The notes under the pieces: generated by a model
The model's database searches: none
Told to the model about the DNA's origin: nothing
The model's input: only the letters and a program-made list of their open reading frames with translations
In this document: piece after piece, positions 1 to 11,555 of the stretch
Numbering within the stretch: position 1 is the stretch's first letter
How the letters are laid out: every line of letters begins with the position of its first letter
Assembly: GCA_038087875.1 (NCBI GenBank)
Contig: CM075988.1
Coordinates: 22,570,001-22,634,000 of the forward strand
Source of the DNA: Malacoraja senta
Taxonomy: Eukaryota
DNA: 64,000 nt
Direction: 5' to 3'
Program-made: the position numbers and the translations under genes

Positions 1-1224
1 GGGGAGAACCAGTGGATGTGGTGTATCTGGACTTCCAGAAGGCTTTCGACAAGGTCCCACATAAGAGATTAGTATACAAACTTAAAGCACATGGCATTGG
101 GGGTTCAGTATTGATGTGGATAGAGAACTGGCTGGCAAACAGGAAGCAAAGAGTAGGAGTAAACGGGTCCTTTTCACAATGGCAGGCAGTGACTAGTGGG
201 GTACCGCAAGGCTCAGTGCTGGGACCCCAGCTATTTACAATATATATTAATGACCTGGATGAGGGAATTGAAGGCAATATCTCCAAGTTTGCGGATGACA
301 CTAAGCTGGGGGGCAGTGTTAGCTGTGAGGAGGATGCTAGGAGACTGCAAGGTGACTTGGATAGGCTGGGTGAGTGGGCAAATGTTTGGCAGATGCAGTA
401 TAATGTGGATAAATGTGAGGTTATCCATTTTGGTGGCAAAAACAGGAAAGCAGACTATTTTCTAAATGGTGGCCGACTAGGAAAAGGGGAGATGCAGCGA
501 GACCTGGGTGTCATGGTACACCAGTCATTGAAAGTAGGCATGCAGGTGCAGCAGGCAGTGAAGAAAGCAAATGGTATGTTAGCTTTCATAGCAAAAGGAT
601 TTGAGTATAGGAGCAGGGAGGTTCTACTGCAGTTGTACAGGGTCTTGGTGAGACCACACCTGGAGTATTGCGTACAGTTTTGGTCTCCAAATCTGAGGAA
701 GGACATTATTGCCATAGAGGGAGTGCAGAGAAGGTTCACCAGACTGATTCCTGGGATGTCAGGACTGTCTTATGAAGAAAGACTGGATAGACTTGGTTTA
801 TACTCACTAGAATTTAGGAGATTGAGAGGGGATCTTATAGAAACTTACAAAATTCTTAAGGGGTTGGACAGGCTAGATGCAGGAAGATTGCTCCCGATGT
901 TGGGGAAGTCCAGGACAAGGGGTCACAGCTTAAGGATAAGGGGGAAATCCTTTAAAACCGAGATGAGAAGAACTTTTTTCACACAGAGAGTGGTGAATCT
1001 CTGGAACTCTCTGCCACAGAGGGTAGTCGAGGCCAGTTCATTGGCTATATTTAAGAGGGAGCTAGATGTGGCCCTTGTGGCTAAAGGGATCAGAGGGTAT
1101 GGAGAGAAGGCAGGTACGGGATACTGAGTTGGATGATCAGCCATGATCATATTGAATGGCGGTGCAGGCTCGAAGGGCCGAATGGCCTACTCCTGCACCT
1201 AATTTCTATGTTTCTATGTTTCTA
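1..1224 (+). mobile_element. CR1-clade LINE (HER1-like), 3' part of ORF2 reverse transcriptase plus 3'UTR and (TTTCTATG)n tail; runs off left edge
   Basis: ORF 12-1127 has the RT motifs YLDFQKAFDKV, GVPQGSVLGP and FADD, the CR1-type C-terminus FFTQRVVNLWNSLP, and an 8-mer repeat tail. Confidence 0.95.
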
Positions 1225-1790
1225 TTCGGCCCTTCGAGCCAGCACCGCCATTCAATGTGATCATGGCTGATCATCCCCAATCAGTACCCCATTCCTGCCT
1301 TCTCCCCATATCCCCTGACTCCGCTGTCTTTAAGAGCCCTATCTAGCTCTCGCTTGAAAGTATCCAGAGAACCGGCCTCCATTTCATCTCATAAGTGATC
1401 GGAGCAGAATTAGGCCATTTGGCCCATCAAGTCTACTCCACCAATCAATCATGGCTGATCTATCTCTCCCTCCTAACCCCATTCTCCTGCCTTCTCCCCA
1501 TAACCCCAGACACCTGTACTAATCAAGAATCTATCTATCTCTGCCTTACAAATCTCCATTGACTTGGCCTCCACAGCCTTCAGTGGCAATGAATTCCACA
1601 GATTCACCACCCTCTGAGTAAATAGATTTCTCCTCATCTCCTTCCTAAAGGAACTTTAGTTCTTTAATTCTGAGGCTGTGACCTCTGGTCCTCGACTCTC
1701 CCACTAATCCCAACATCCTCGCCACAGCCACTCTATCCAGGCCTTTCACTATTCGGTAAGTTTCAATGAGGAACCCCCCTCATCCTTCTA
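1225..1790 (-). mobile_element. Two adjacent CR1-clade LINE 3' fragments (different subfamilies)
   Basis: Reverse complement of CR1 3' ends (ggccattcggccc...gaattccacagattcaccaccctctg). Confidence 0.8.
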
Positions 1791-2811
1791 CTTTGGAGTT
1801 TGGATGTCTGATAATGTCAAAGGAACACAAGAGAAGTCTCCAACGGAGAGGACAGAGCAGCACTAACATCAGCCACGGAAGCACACACTGGAAGTCATAT
1901 TGATTGAGAGCATTTCTGGCGACCTTCACTTGCATCGATCAGTCTTAACCCAGCCTGTGAACCGAATATCTCACAGTCAGCTCATTTATTTTTAATGACA
2001 CAAAGGTTCGGAAGCATTGAGCCAAATTGGCTTTGCACTTGACGCCAGTCTTATGCAGGGATAGAGTGTCACGTCTGTCCACTCACCCCGGACCCACTCT
2101 GGGAGAGACTCCTTCAATCCCACCCTTGGCCATATCTTTTAGAGGTACAGTATGGAAACAGGCCCTTCGGCCCACCGGGTCCACGATCACCCTTTCACAT
2201 CAGTTCTAAGTTATCCCACTTTCTCATCCACTCCCTACACACTAGGGGCAATTTTACAGCGGAGAATTAATCTAAGTGCTTATGTATCGTGATACTTGTA
2301 CTGAAGGGTATACAAAAATGAATTTCACTATACCTCGGGACAAGTGACAAATAAAGTGCCGTACCATAAAGTACCATTCCATACTACAGACTGCACGTCT
2401 ATGGAATTTGAATGGAAACCGGAGCACCCGGAGGAAACCCACGAGGTCACAGAGAGAACGCACAAACTCCACACAGACAGCACCCGAGGTCAGGTTCAAA
2501 TCCAGGTCTCTGCCACTGTGAGGCAGTGGCTCCACCCGCTGCAGCACTGTCTTAATACAAAAGGACATGTTACATGCCCCTGAGCATCTCCCCACTGCGC
2601 GTCCATGTCTCAGGATGTGGGCATGGTGGGCAAGTGGTATCACCCCAAGTGTTGTGTCTGGGGTGAATGGACAGACCTGGCACTCTATTCAGAGGGACCT
2701 GCTCCATATTTGCTACACGGAGGAGGTCAGATTGCTTTCTCTTGAATGAAAGAGGTTGAGGAAGGTTTCTAGGTCAGTTTATTGTCACATGTACCAATTA
2801 AGGTACAGTGG

Positions 2812-3056
2812 AAGGTAGACGCAAAACGCTGGAGTAACTCAGCGGGTGCGGCAGCATCTATGCAGAGAAAGGATGGCCGACGTTTCGTGTCGAGACCCTT
2901 CTTCAGACTGAAGTTTCTTCAGAGTCTGAAGAAGGGTCTCTACCCGAGACGTCGCCAATTCCTTCTCTCCATAGATGCTGCCTCACCCGCTGAGTTACTC
3001 CAGCGTTTTGTGTCCACCTTTGATTTTACCAGCATCTGCAGTTCTTTCTCACACAA
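2812..3056. mobile_element. Penelope-derived repeat, inverted (palindromic) pair
   Basis: gctggagtaactcagcggg...gacgtttcg...cttcttcag followed by its reverse complement. Confidence 0.75.
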
Positions 3057-3444
3057 GCTACAGTGAAATTTGAGTTGCCATACAGCCATGCTAAGTGAAA
3101 AGCAACAAGACACACAGCCACATAAAAGTGAACGTAAACATCCACCACAGTGGATTCCACATTCCTCACTGTGATGGAAGGGAATAAAGTTCAATCTTCT
3201 TCCTCTTTGTTGACAGAAGCATGAAAAATGATGGGAGGCATAGACAGGGTAGACAGTCAAAAGCTTTCACCCCAGGATAGAAACTCAAACACTGGACAGC
3301 ATAGGTTTAAGGTGAGAGGGGCAGAGATGAAAGACGTTGTGCGGGGCAAGTATTTTCCACACAGATGATGGTGAGTGCCTGTTGGGGGCTGGGACTTGAA
3401 GCAGACGTGTCAGTGGCATTTTAAAAAAAAACTTTTGTACTGAT

Positions 3445-4278
3445 ATGTCCGATGCACTACATTTGGAAAATATTAGGCTTGTCTTGGCGGAAAAAGCAGA
3501 TCAATTTCTTAAGACATGGTTCCCTTTTACTGAATTTCTGCAGTAACAGAATGGTTAAACACAAATTTAAACCGGATGCCAGGGATGGGTGAGGTGGGGG
3601 TGGGGGAAGGTATATCTCCATCTTTCTTTCCTTATTTCATTTCTCTTGCACTTCTTTGGTAGCTTAGGGGTCTTTTTCTCGCTTTTTCTTATTTCTCTTT
3701 CTTCATTCTCTTCTTTTTATTTTTTATTTTTTTTATTTTTTTGATTTAGGTTCTTTTTATTTTTTATTTTTTATTTTATTAGAAGTAAGTACAATTGTAT
3801 ACAATCATATTTTCATAATACCTTTTATGTACAGCTTCTTATTTTAAAAAAAATTTGAAATAAAGAAGAAAAAGAAAAAAGTTAGATAATGAAAAATAGA
3901 AAAATGTGAGATATATAGTGTGTGAAAAAGAAAAATAAAGAATGAAATAAGAAAGTTGAGACATAGAAAATAGAAGAAAGAGAATAAAAGAAAAGAAGAG
4001 AAGAAAAGAAAATAGGAGATCATTTATAATCTTGACCATCCGCAGTCACGGATTAGCTTTTACACCTGTTTTGCACCATACGTTTCCAAAAAGACGACAA
4101 ATGGAGACCAACTCGTTATGAATTGGTCAAATTTATCTATTAGGAGGAATCGCATTTCCTCAAGATATAGGTTCTAACGTTAAAAATGAAGCTGTACGAT
4201 AATTGTTTAGCTGTCGTGTCGATCGCCTTATCCTTGTACAATCGCTTCTAATAAAATTAATTCCAAAAAAAAAAAAAA
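3445..4278. mobile_element. Nested L1/Tx1-like 3' ends: a plus-strand copy (about 3445-3715 and 4178-4278) interrupted by a minus-strand copy (about 3716-4172)
   Basis: Plus strand HLENIRLVLAEKADQFLKTWFPFTEFLQ*; minus strand LYLEEMRFLLIDKFDQFITSWSPFVVFL; both have T-rich UTRs, AATAAA and A-rich tails. Confidence 0.6.
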
Positions 4279-4602
4279 GACTTTTGGATAGGTACGTGGA
4301 TATGCTGGGAATGGGGAGATATGTGCTATGTGCAGGTACATGTTTGGCACAGACACTGTGTTCTTGCGCTGCACTGTTCTATATTCTATGTTCTCAGTGG
4401 AAAGTATTTTGCTACACTCCTGACGGGCTGGCCAATTCCATTCTGTGTCTCGGTTTGCGTTATGGTGTGTGTCACGGATAGCAACAACAATACGTTTCAA
4501 ACCGGTGCCCCACCACACGGTGACTGGATGTGAACCTGCCCGAGTCTGTCCCTAGTTCCCCCCCTTGCTTGACGATAAAGTGACTGAAAACATGAGCCTT
4601 AC

Positions 4603-4614
4603 CTAGTAACGGAT
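4603..4614 (-). CDS. SIDT2: SIDT2 12-nt microexon (ATCCGTTACTAG; adds D-P-L-L after exon 10)
   Basis: Long polypyrimidine tract ...tctctctggcttcAG, donor G|GTAAGG, phase 1-1 matching exon 10; resembles the recalled vertebrate SIDT2 ASLL insert at this position. Confidence 0.75.
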   Translation of the reverse strand: MRY

Positions 4615-4859
4615 CTGAAGCCAGAGAGACCAGCAGCCAAAAAAATACACAAGGAAAAGAATTACTGTTCAGACTCAGCAGCGTGGAACAGAGAAGATAA
4701 ACATGCAACGGAGAAACATGTCGTAGCATTTAGTCTCACTTTGCAGTGGGAGGGTAACTGCCCAGGGGTACATCTTGGGGAGACAGAGAATTACAACGGC
4801 AGACGGGTCCCCAACCTGAAACGCCAACCATCCTTCTTCCCCAGAGAAACAGAGACCAA

Positions 4860-5055
4860 TGCTGAAGATAGACACAAAGTGCTGGAGGAACTCAGCGGGT
4901 CCGGCAGCATCTCTGGAGAAAATGGATGGGCGATGTTTTGGGTCAGGACCCTTCTTGAGTCTGAAGACAAGTCCCGACCCAAAACGTCACCCATCCTTTT
5001 TTGTCCAGAGACGCTGCTTGGCCCGCTGAGTTACTCCAGCACTTTGTGTCTATCT
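4860..5055. mobile_element. Penelope-derived inverted repeat pair
   Basis: Same family as 2812-3056, palindromic arrangement. Confidence 0.7.
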
Positions 5056-5212
5056 GAGAATGACACAAACATTTGTTATACCGTTCTGTGTAACGAGTTC
5101 ACAGGCAGCTCAGGAACAGGGAGACCCGGGGTACATGTACACATTCACCTTCGTGATGGGTGAAGTTCAGAGAGATTCGAAAAATGCATGTGGTCTCTTT
5201 GGTTATAAAACT

Positions 5213-5468
5213 TAGAAACATACAAACATAGAAAATAGGTGCAGGAGGAGGCCATTCGGCCCTTCGAGCCAGCACCGCCATTCATTGTGATCATGGCTGA
5301 TCGTCCCCAATCAATAACCCGTGCCTGCCTTCTCCCCATATCCCTTGATTCCACTAGCCCCCAGAGCTCTATCTAACTCTCTCTTAAATCCATCTAGTGA
5401 CTTGGCCTCCACTGCCCTCTGTGGCAGGGGAGGCCAAGTCACTGGATGGATTTAAGAGAGAGTTAACT
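5213..5468 (-). mobile_element. CR1/HER1-like 3' fragment with a short inverted copy at its 5' junction
   Basis: Tail (atagaaac)n; about 5374-5410 is repeated in inverted orientation at about 5430-5466. Confidence 0.8.
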
Positions 5469-5965
5469 TAAGCCGAGCCATCATAAAGTATTGTGCACAT
5501 TTCAGGGTTGCAGTACTCCAGGAAGAAAGCCAATATCTCAGAGGGAGTAGATAGCAGATAAAGTGGAATATCCCAAGGATGAGGGACATCGGTTCTGCCC
5601 AGAAGCTGTAGCAGGTGAGCCTTGCTAACCTTAAAGGAAAGAGTGTGTCTGTGTTAATGTTCCTGGAGACTCTCAGCAATTGTGTAGGTGGAAGTAGGAC
5701 TAGGCAGTAACACACTAAAGATGCTGTGGGAGTGGCGCCTGGGAGAGATGGCACCTCTCTGCCAGCTCTGCCCAGGACAACACTGGGACCTGCAGACGGT
5801 TGAAGTCCTGGGTCTCTGGAATAACCCCAGCTATACATCGGGGAGTTGGGTTACCTCTCCATGTTAAATCCTCTAGAGACCCAGGCCATGAATGCATGAG
5901 TTTCATCCCTGCAATGTGGCGTGGACTGCAGCCACCGGCATCTCAGTGCAATGCCTGGCAGTCTG

Positions 5966-6277
5966 TTTAGTTTAGTTTAGAGATGCAGCGCGGAAACAGG
6001 CCCTTCGGCCCACCGAGTCCGCACCGACCAGCGATCCCCGCACACTCACATTATCCTATACACACATTAGGGACAATTTACAATTAAACCAAGCCAATTA
6101 ACCTACAAACCCGTACGCCTTTGGAGTGCGGGAGGAAACCGGAGATCCCGGAGAAAACCCAAGCAGGTCACGGGGAGAAGGCACAGACTCCGTACAGACA
6201 GCACCCGTAGTCAGGATCGAACCCGGGTCTCTGGCGCTGCGAGGCAGCAACTCTACTGCTGCGCTACCGTGCCGCCC
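5966..6277 (-). mobile_element. tRNA-derived V-domain SINE, near full length
   Basis: Minus strand reads gggcggcacggtagcgcagc...cccgggttcgatcc (A/B box-like), V core ctccggtttcctcccgcac, and (ctaaa)n tail. Confidence 0.85.
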
Positions 6278-6378
6278 CTGGCTGCACAGGGGAACGTTGC
6301 AAAGACACTCGCAACGCATCATGGATCCCAGCCCTAGGTGGGAACAGGCCGGGAGAATCACAGAAACCACGACAGTAA

Positions 6379-6918
6379 AACCCGTCTCACGGTGCGAGTC
6401 CAACCACGAGTGACCCCGAGTTTAAAACAAATCAAACTCGTGGTAATCACGTAGAATTAACGTAGCGGGAACGTCGGAACTCGTAACGCTAACGGCAGGT
6501 ACTCAGGAAACTTGTTAACTCGTGAAAATCTTTCAACATGATGAAAGATTTCCACGAGTCAAATTTACTCTTGATGTAAACATTTTAACCCATTCCTTCT
6601 CTCCAGAGATGCTGCCTGTCCCGCTGAGTTAAAGAGTGCTCACGGTAGACTCACGAGTCACTACGGTAAACTCACGGGCTACTACGTTCTTACAACGAGT
6701 TTAAACGTTTAACATTTTTACTTCAAGAGTAAATTTGACTCGTGGAAATCTTTCATCATGTTGAAAGATTTTTACGAGTTAACAAGTTTCCCGAGTACCT
6801 GCCGTTAGCGTTACGAGTTCCGACGTTCCCGCTACGTTAATTCTACGTGATTACCACGAGTTTGATTTGCTTTAAACTCAGGATCACTCGTGGTTGGAGT
6901 CGCACCGTGAGACGGCCA
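6379..6918. mobile_element. Fold-back MITE with ~200 bp inverted arms (Harbinger-like; TAA/TTA flanks)
   Basis: About 6382-6590 is the near-perfect reverse complement of about 6706-6915; arm sequence is homologous to the interior of the 15057-15365 MITE. Confidence 0.8.
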
Positions 6919-7010
6919 TTACCAACGCAAGCTGTTTCCCTGTGGAATCTACAGCAACAAAATACACAGATCCATTCTCCAAAGAGAGTAAAGTGATGTT
7001 TGTTAGTTAC

Positions 7011-7066
7011 CACACTGATCCGGAGGTGACATTTTGCACAGGAGTCTCTCCCTTTTGTTTTGCTGC
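7011..7066 (-). CDS. SIDT2: SIDT2 coding exon 10 (R QQNKRERLLCKMSPPDQC), start of the cytosolic loop
   Basis: ttcctcctcAG acceptor, G|GTAACT donor, 56 nt, phase 2-1, basic stretch following TM1. Confidence 0.8.
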
Positions 7067-7572
7067 CTGAGGAGGAATTTGAAAAGCAAGATCACTAAAC
7101 CTGGTCATGAGGCAATGTATCTGAAGGCAGTGCATGCAATCATTTAGTGTAGTTAGTTCAGTTTCATTTATTGTCACATGTACCAAGGTACGTGCTAACC
7201 AGTCAGCGGAAAGACAATACATGGCAGTTTGTGTCCTACCACAACTCGAGAGCAGTGCTGATCTACTATCTACCTCATTGGCGACCCTTGGACTATCTTT
7301 GATCAGACTTTACTGGCTTTACCTTGCATTAAACGTTATTCCTTTATCATGTATCTATCTATCTATCCACTGTAAATGGCTCGATTGTAATCATGTATTG
7401 TCTTTCCGCTGACTGAATAGCACGCAACAAAAAGCTTTTCACTGTACCTCGGTACAAGTGACAATAAACTGAAATGATGACAATCAACCCGTCCAGAGTG
7501 AAGTTACAGGATAAAGGGAATAAGGATAAGTGCAAATGCAGGATAATGGGTATGTTTAGTGAAAATACAGGA

Positions 7573-8100
7573 TAATTTGAGGAAGGACATTCTTGCTATT
7601 GAGGGAGTGCAGCGTAGGTTTACACGGTTAATTCCCGGGATGGCGGGACTGTCATATGCTGAGAGAATGGAGCAGCTGGGCTTGTACACTCTGGAGTTTA
7701 GAAGGATGAGAGGGGATTTCATTGAAACATATAAGATTGTTAAGGGCTTGGACACGCTAGAGGCAGGAAACATGTTCCCGATGTTGGGGGAGTCCAGAAC
7801 CAGGGGCCACAGTTTAAGAATAAGGAGTAAGCCATTTAGAACAGATACGAGGAAACACTTTTTCTCACAGAGAGTGGTGAGTCTGTGGAATTCTCTGCCT
7901 CAGAGGGCGGTGGAGGCAGGTTCTCTGGATGCTTTCAAGAGAGAGCTAGATAGGGCTCTTAAAAATAGCGGAGTCAGGGGATATGGGGAGAAGGCAGGAA
8001 CGGGGTACTGATTGGGGATGATCAGCCATGATCACATTGAACGGCGGTGCTGGCTCGAAGGGCCGAATGGCCTACTCCTGCACCTATTGTCTATTGTCTA
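7573..8100 (+). mobile_element. CR1/HER1-like 3' fragment, (ATTGTCT)n-tail subfamily
   Basis: ORF 7559-8011 matches the CR1 ORF2 C-terminus. Confidence 0.9.
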
Positions 8101-8335
8101 AAAGTTAGAATGAGCAGTGCAAGTCTACAAGGCAGTTTTCAAAAGACATTCCAGTAGAGATCTCTACCAGAAAACAACATCCTTTCCAAGCCCTCAGCCA
8201 GACTGCAGCAAGATCGACACCACACCAGGAAAGGTTACAACATTTTAGTTGCAGTATCCGTGCTATTTTTTTAATAATGGGCCGCAGTAGGATCGCCCCG
8301 TGTGTGAAAGATGCAAACAATTGCAGTGCCGTTAC

Positions 8336-8429
8336 CTGCTGTGCTCCCAGCAAGCGATGAGCAGCGTGAGCAGGTAAAACGCCAGGAAAATGCCCAGGCT
8401 GAAGAGCACCCCTTTGACGTAGGCCAGAG
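8336..8429 (-). CDS. SIDT2: SIDT2 coding exon 9 ([31 protein letters not shown]), first transmembrane helix
   Basis: ttccctcttacAG / AG|GTAACG, 94 nt; matches recalled SIDT2 [28 protein letters not shown]. Confidence 0.93.
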
Positions 8430-9014
8430 CTGTAAGAGGGAACAGAAGTTGCAGGATCAAAATATGGTTCATCGGAAATTAATGTGATATACATATGTGA
8501 CATGGACGTAAACACAGGTGGGTTGGTTAATAGGTTACAAACTTATGAACTCTCTTATCTTTGACTCAGAGCGTTAACTAATGCCAACACAGTAGATCAT
8601 AAGTGATAGGAGCAGAATTAGGCCATTCGGCCCATCAAGTCTACTCCGCCATTCAATCATGGCTGATCCATCTCTCCCTCTGAACCCCATTCTCCTGCCT
8701 TCTACCCATAATCCTCAGATAAGATGTTTTTTTTGGAAAAAACCCATGGTTATAACACTGGATGAGTAATCCAGACACCAGGGCGAATGATTCCTGAACT
8801 TGTGTCATGAGTTCCAATCCCAACAGTGCCACTGGGCAACTTTAAACGGAGAGCAAGAGGCATTGAAGTTTTCACACTTTTGAATTGTCACAAAATCCCA
8901 TCTGGTTCACTCATGTCCTTAAGGAAATGAAATCTTCCATCCTTGAAAAATCAATTGAAAATTAAACTAAAATTTAAATGTTGACTCCAGCACAAAATCT
9001 CTGGCACTTGAAAT

Positions 9015-9330
9015 GTGCAGGAAGGAACTGCAGGTGCTGGATTACACCAAAGATTGACACAAAATGCTGGAGTAACTCAGCGGGACGGGTAGCATCTCTG
9101 GAGAGAAGGAATGAGTAACATTTCGGGTCGAGACCCTTCTTCCTGGAAACAGGCCCTTCAGCCCACTTAGACCACGATACCCGTTCACACTAGTTCTATG
9201 TTATCCCACTCTCCCAACCACTCCCTACATATATACCGTCTGAAAAAGGATCTCGACCCGAAACGTCACCCACTCCTTCTCTCCAGAGATGCTGCCTGTT
9301 CCGCTGAGTTACTCCAGCTTTTTGTGTTGC
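9015..9330. mobile_element. Penelope-derived inverted repeat pair with a SINE fragment in the middle
   Basis: Family sequence in both orientations. Confidence 0.65.
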
Positions 9331-9395
9331 TTTTATAAAGTGGTTGGAGAGATCTTGTCTCCAACCAAGGAAACACTCCAAGCTGAAGTACTTAC

Positions 9396-9461
9396 AATTC
9401 ACAGCTGGCACCACAGTTACAGTCAGAATCTTGCTCCGATTTCCCAAGCCCATTGGCTCAT
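9396..9461 (-). CDS. SIDT2: SIDT2 coding exon 8 (D EPMGLGNRSKILTVTVVPAVN)
   Basis: ctcgtcAG / T|GTAAGT, 66 nt, phase 1-1; similar to recalled [22 protein letters not shown]. Confidence 0.88.
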
Positions 9462-9465
9462 CTGA

Positions 9466-9701
9466 CGAGAGAGAAAGAGAGAGGGAGAGAGGGGGAGAGG
9501 GGGAGGAGAGTGAGAGAGAAAGAGAAAGAGAGAGAAAGAGAGAGAAAGAGAAAGAGAGAAAAAGAGAGAAAAAGAGAGAAAAAGAAAAAGAGGGAAAGAG
9601 AGAGAGAGAAAAAGAGAGAGAAAGAGGGAGAAAGAAAGAGAGAAAAAGAGAGAGAGAAAAAAAGAGAGAGAGAAAAAAGAGATAAAAAAAGAGAGAGAGA
9701 G
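9466..9701 (+). repeat. GA-rich polypurine low-complexity tract (CT-rich on the SIDT2 sense strand)
   Basis: Almost pure G/A for ~235 nt, directly abutting the exon 8 acceptor. Confidence 0.95.
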
Positions 9702-10044
9702 TTTAATTTATTGCCACGTGTACAGTGAAAAGCTTTTGTTGCGTGCCAACCAGTCAGCAGAAAGACAATACATGATTACGATTGTGCTATTCAGTGTACA
9801 GATATATGATAAAGGGAATAAAGTTTAGTGCAAGGTAAAGTCCATCAAAGATAGTCCAAGGGTCTTCCATGAGGTAGATGGTAGCTCAGGACCGCTCACT
9901 AGTTGATGGTAGGACGGTTCAGATGCCTGATAACAGCTGGGAAGAAACTGTCCCTGAATCTGGAGGTGTGCATTTTCACACTTCTGTACCATTTGCCCGA
10001 TGGGAGAGGGGAGAAGAGGGCGAAAGACAAATGCACAATCATCA

Positions 10045-10250
10045 GAAGGAACTGCAGATGCTGGTTTAAACCGAAGGTAGACACAAAATGCTGAAGTAAC
10101 TCAGCGGGGCAGGCAGCATCTCTGGAGAGAAGGAATGGGTGACATTTCAGGTTGAGGCCCTAAGGAGGTTTCTCGACCCGAAACGTCACCAATTCCTCTC
10201 CAGAGATGCTGCCTGTCCCGCTGAGTTACTCCAGCATTTTATGTCTATCA
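10045..10250. mobile_element. Penelope-derived inverted repeat pair
   Basis: Family sequence in both orientations. Confidence 0.65.
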
Positions 10251-10312
10251 TCAGATCGAGGCGTTCCGCAGAGCTGCAACTACAGAAAATCTGCATGTTC
10301 TTTCATCTGTAT

Positions 10313-10765
10313 ATGACTGTCATATGCTACGAGAATGGAGCGGCTGGGCTTGTACACTCTGGAGTTTAGAAGGATGAGAGGGCATCTTATTGAAACGTAT
10401 AAGATTATTAAGGGCTTGGACACGCTAGAGGCAGGAAACATGTTCCCGATGTTGGGGGAGTCCAGAACCAGGGGCCACAGTTTAAGAATAAGGAGTAAGC
10501 CATTTAAAACGGAGACGAGGAAACACTTTTTCTCACAGAGAGTTGTGAGTCTGTGGAATTCTCTGCCTCAGAGGGCGGTGGAGGTCGGTTCTCTGGATAC
10601 ATTCAAGAGAGAGCTAGATAGTGCTCTTAAAGATAGCGGAGTCAGGGGGTATGGGGAGAAGGCAGGAACGGGGTACTGATTGGGGATGATCAGCCATGAT
10701 CACATTGAATGGCGGTGCTGGCTCGAAGGGCCGAATGTCCTACTCCTGCACCTATTGTTTATTGT
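10313..10765 (+). mobile_element. CR1/HER1-like 3' fragment
   Basis: ORF 10335-10679 is the CR1 C-terminus. Confidence 0.9.
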
Positions 10766-10988
10766 AGAGTTACATAGCATGGAAACATGTCCTTCACCCA
10801 ACCCATCCAAGATGTCTATCTGAGCTTGTCCCATTTGCTTGCGTTTGGCCCATATCCCTTTCAACCTTCCCTATCCACGTACCCGCCTAAGGTCCTTCCG
10901 CTGCTGGACATTGAGGGGCAGAGTCTGGTGGGGCACCCCTCATACAAGGGAAGGGATCTCACCCCAGGGGGCTACAAGAGTGGCAAGG

Positions 10989-11555
10989 GCACCTGGAGTA
11001 TTGCGCACAGTTTTGGTCTCCTAATGTGAGGAAAGACATTCTTGCCATAGAGGGAGTACAGAGAAGGTTCACCAGACTGATTCCTGGGATGGCAGGACTT
11101 TCGTATGAAGAAAGACTGGATAGACTCGGCTTGTACTCGCTAGAATTTAGAAGATTGAGGGGGGATCTTATAGAAACTTACAAAATTCTTAAGGGGTTGG
11201 ACAGGCTAGATGCAAGAAGATTGTTCCCGATGTTGGGGAAGTCCAGAACAAGGGGTTACAGTTTAAGGATAAGGGGGAAGTCTTTTAGGACCGAGATGAG
11301 AATTCTTTTTTTCACACAGAGAGTGGTGAATCTGTGGAACTCTCTGCCACAGAAGGTAGTTGAGGCCAGTTCATTGGCTATATTTAAGAGGGAGTTAGAT
11401 GTTGCCCTTGTGGCTAAAGGGATCAGGGGGTATGGAGAGAAGACAGGTACGGGATACTGAGTTGGATGATCAGCCATGATCATATTGAATGGCGGTTCAG
11501 GCTCGAAGGGCCGAATGGCCTACTCCTGCACCTGTTTTCTATGTTTCTATGTTTA
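10989..11555 (+). mobile_element. CR1/HER1-like 3' fragment, (TTTCTATG)n-tail subfamily
   Basis: ORF 11026-11460; tail repeat. Confidence 0.9.

Noticed and set aside
2087..2098. Second possible 12-nt minus-strand microexon (cccAG-AGTGGGTCCGGG-GTGAGT)
   Set aside because: Good donor but a very short pyrimidine tract with nearby upstream AGs and no recognisable homology; likely chance
1225..4600. Next SIDT2 exon containing the YGSF-type motif
   Set aside because: No convincing match found by eye; probably beyond the left edge of the window
6200..6277. tRNA gene
   Set aside because: tRNA-derived SINE head attached to a V core and LINE-type tail; many diverged copies
9344..9728. Arg/Glu/Lys-rich ORFs
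   Set aside because: Translation of a GA low-complexity tract
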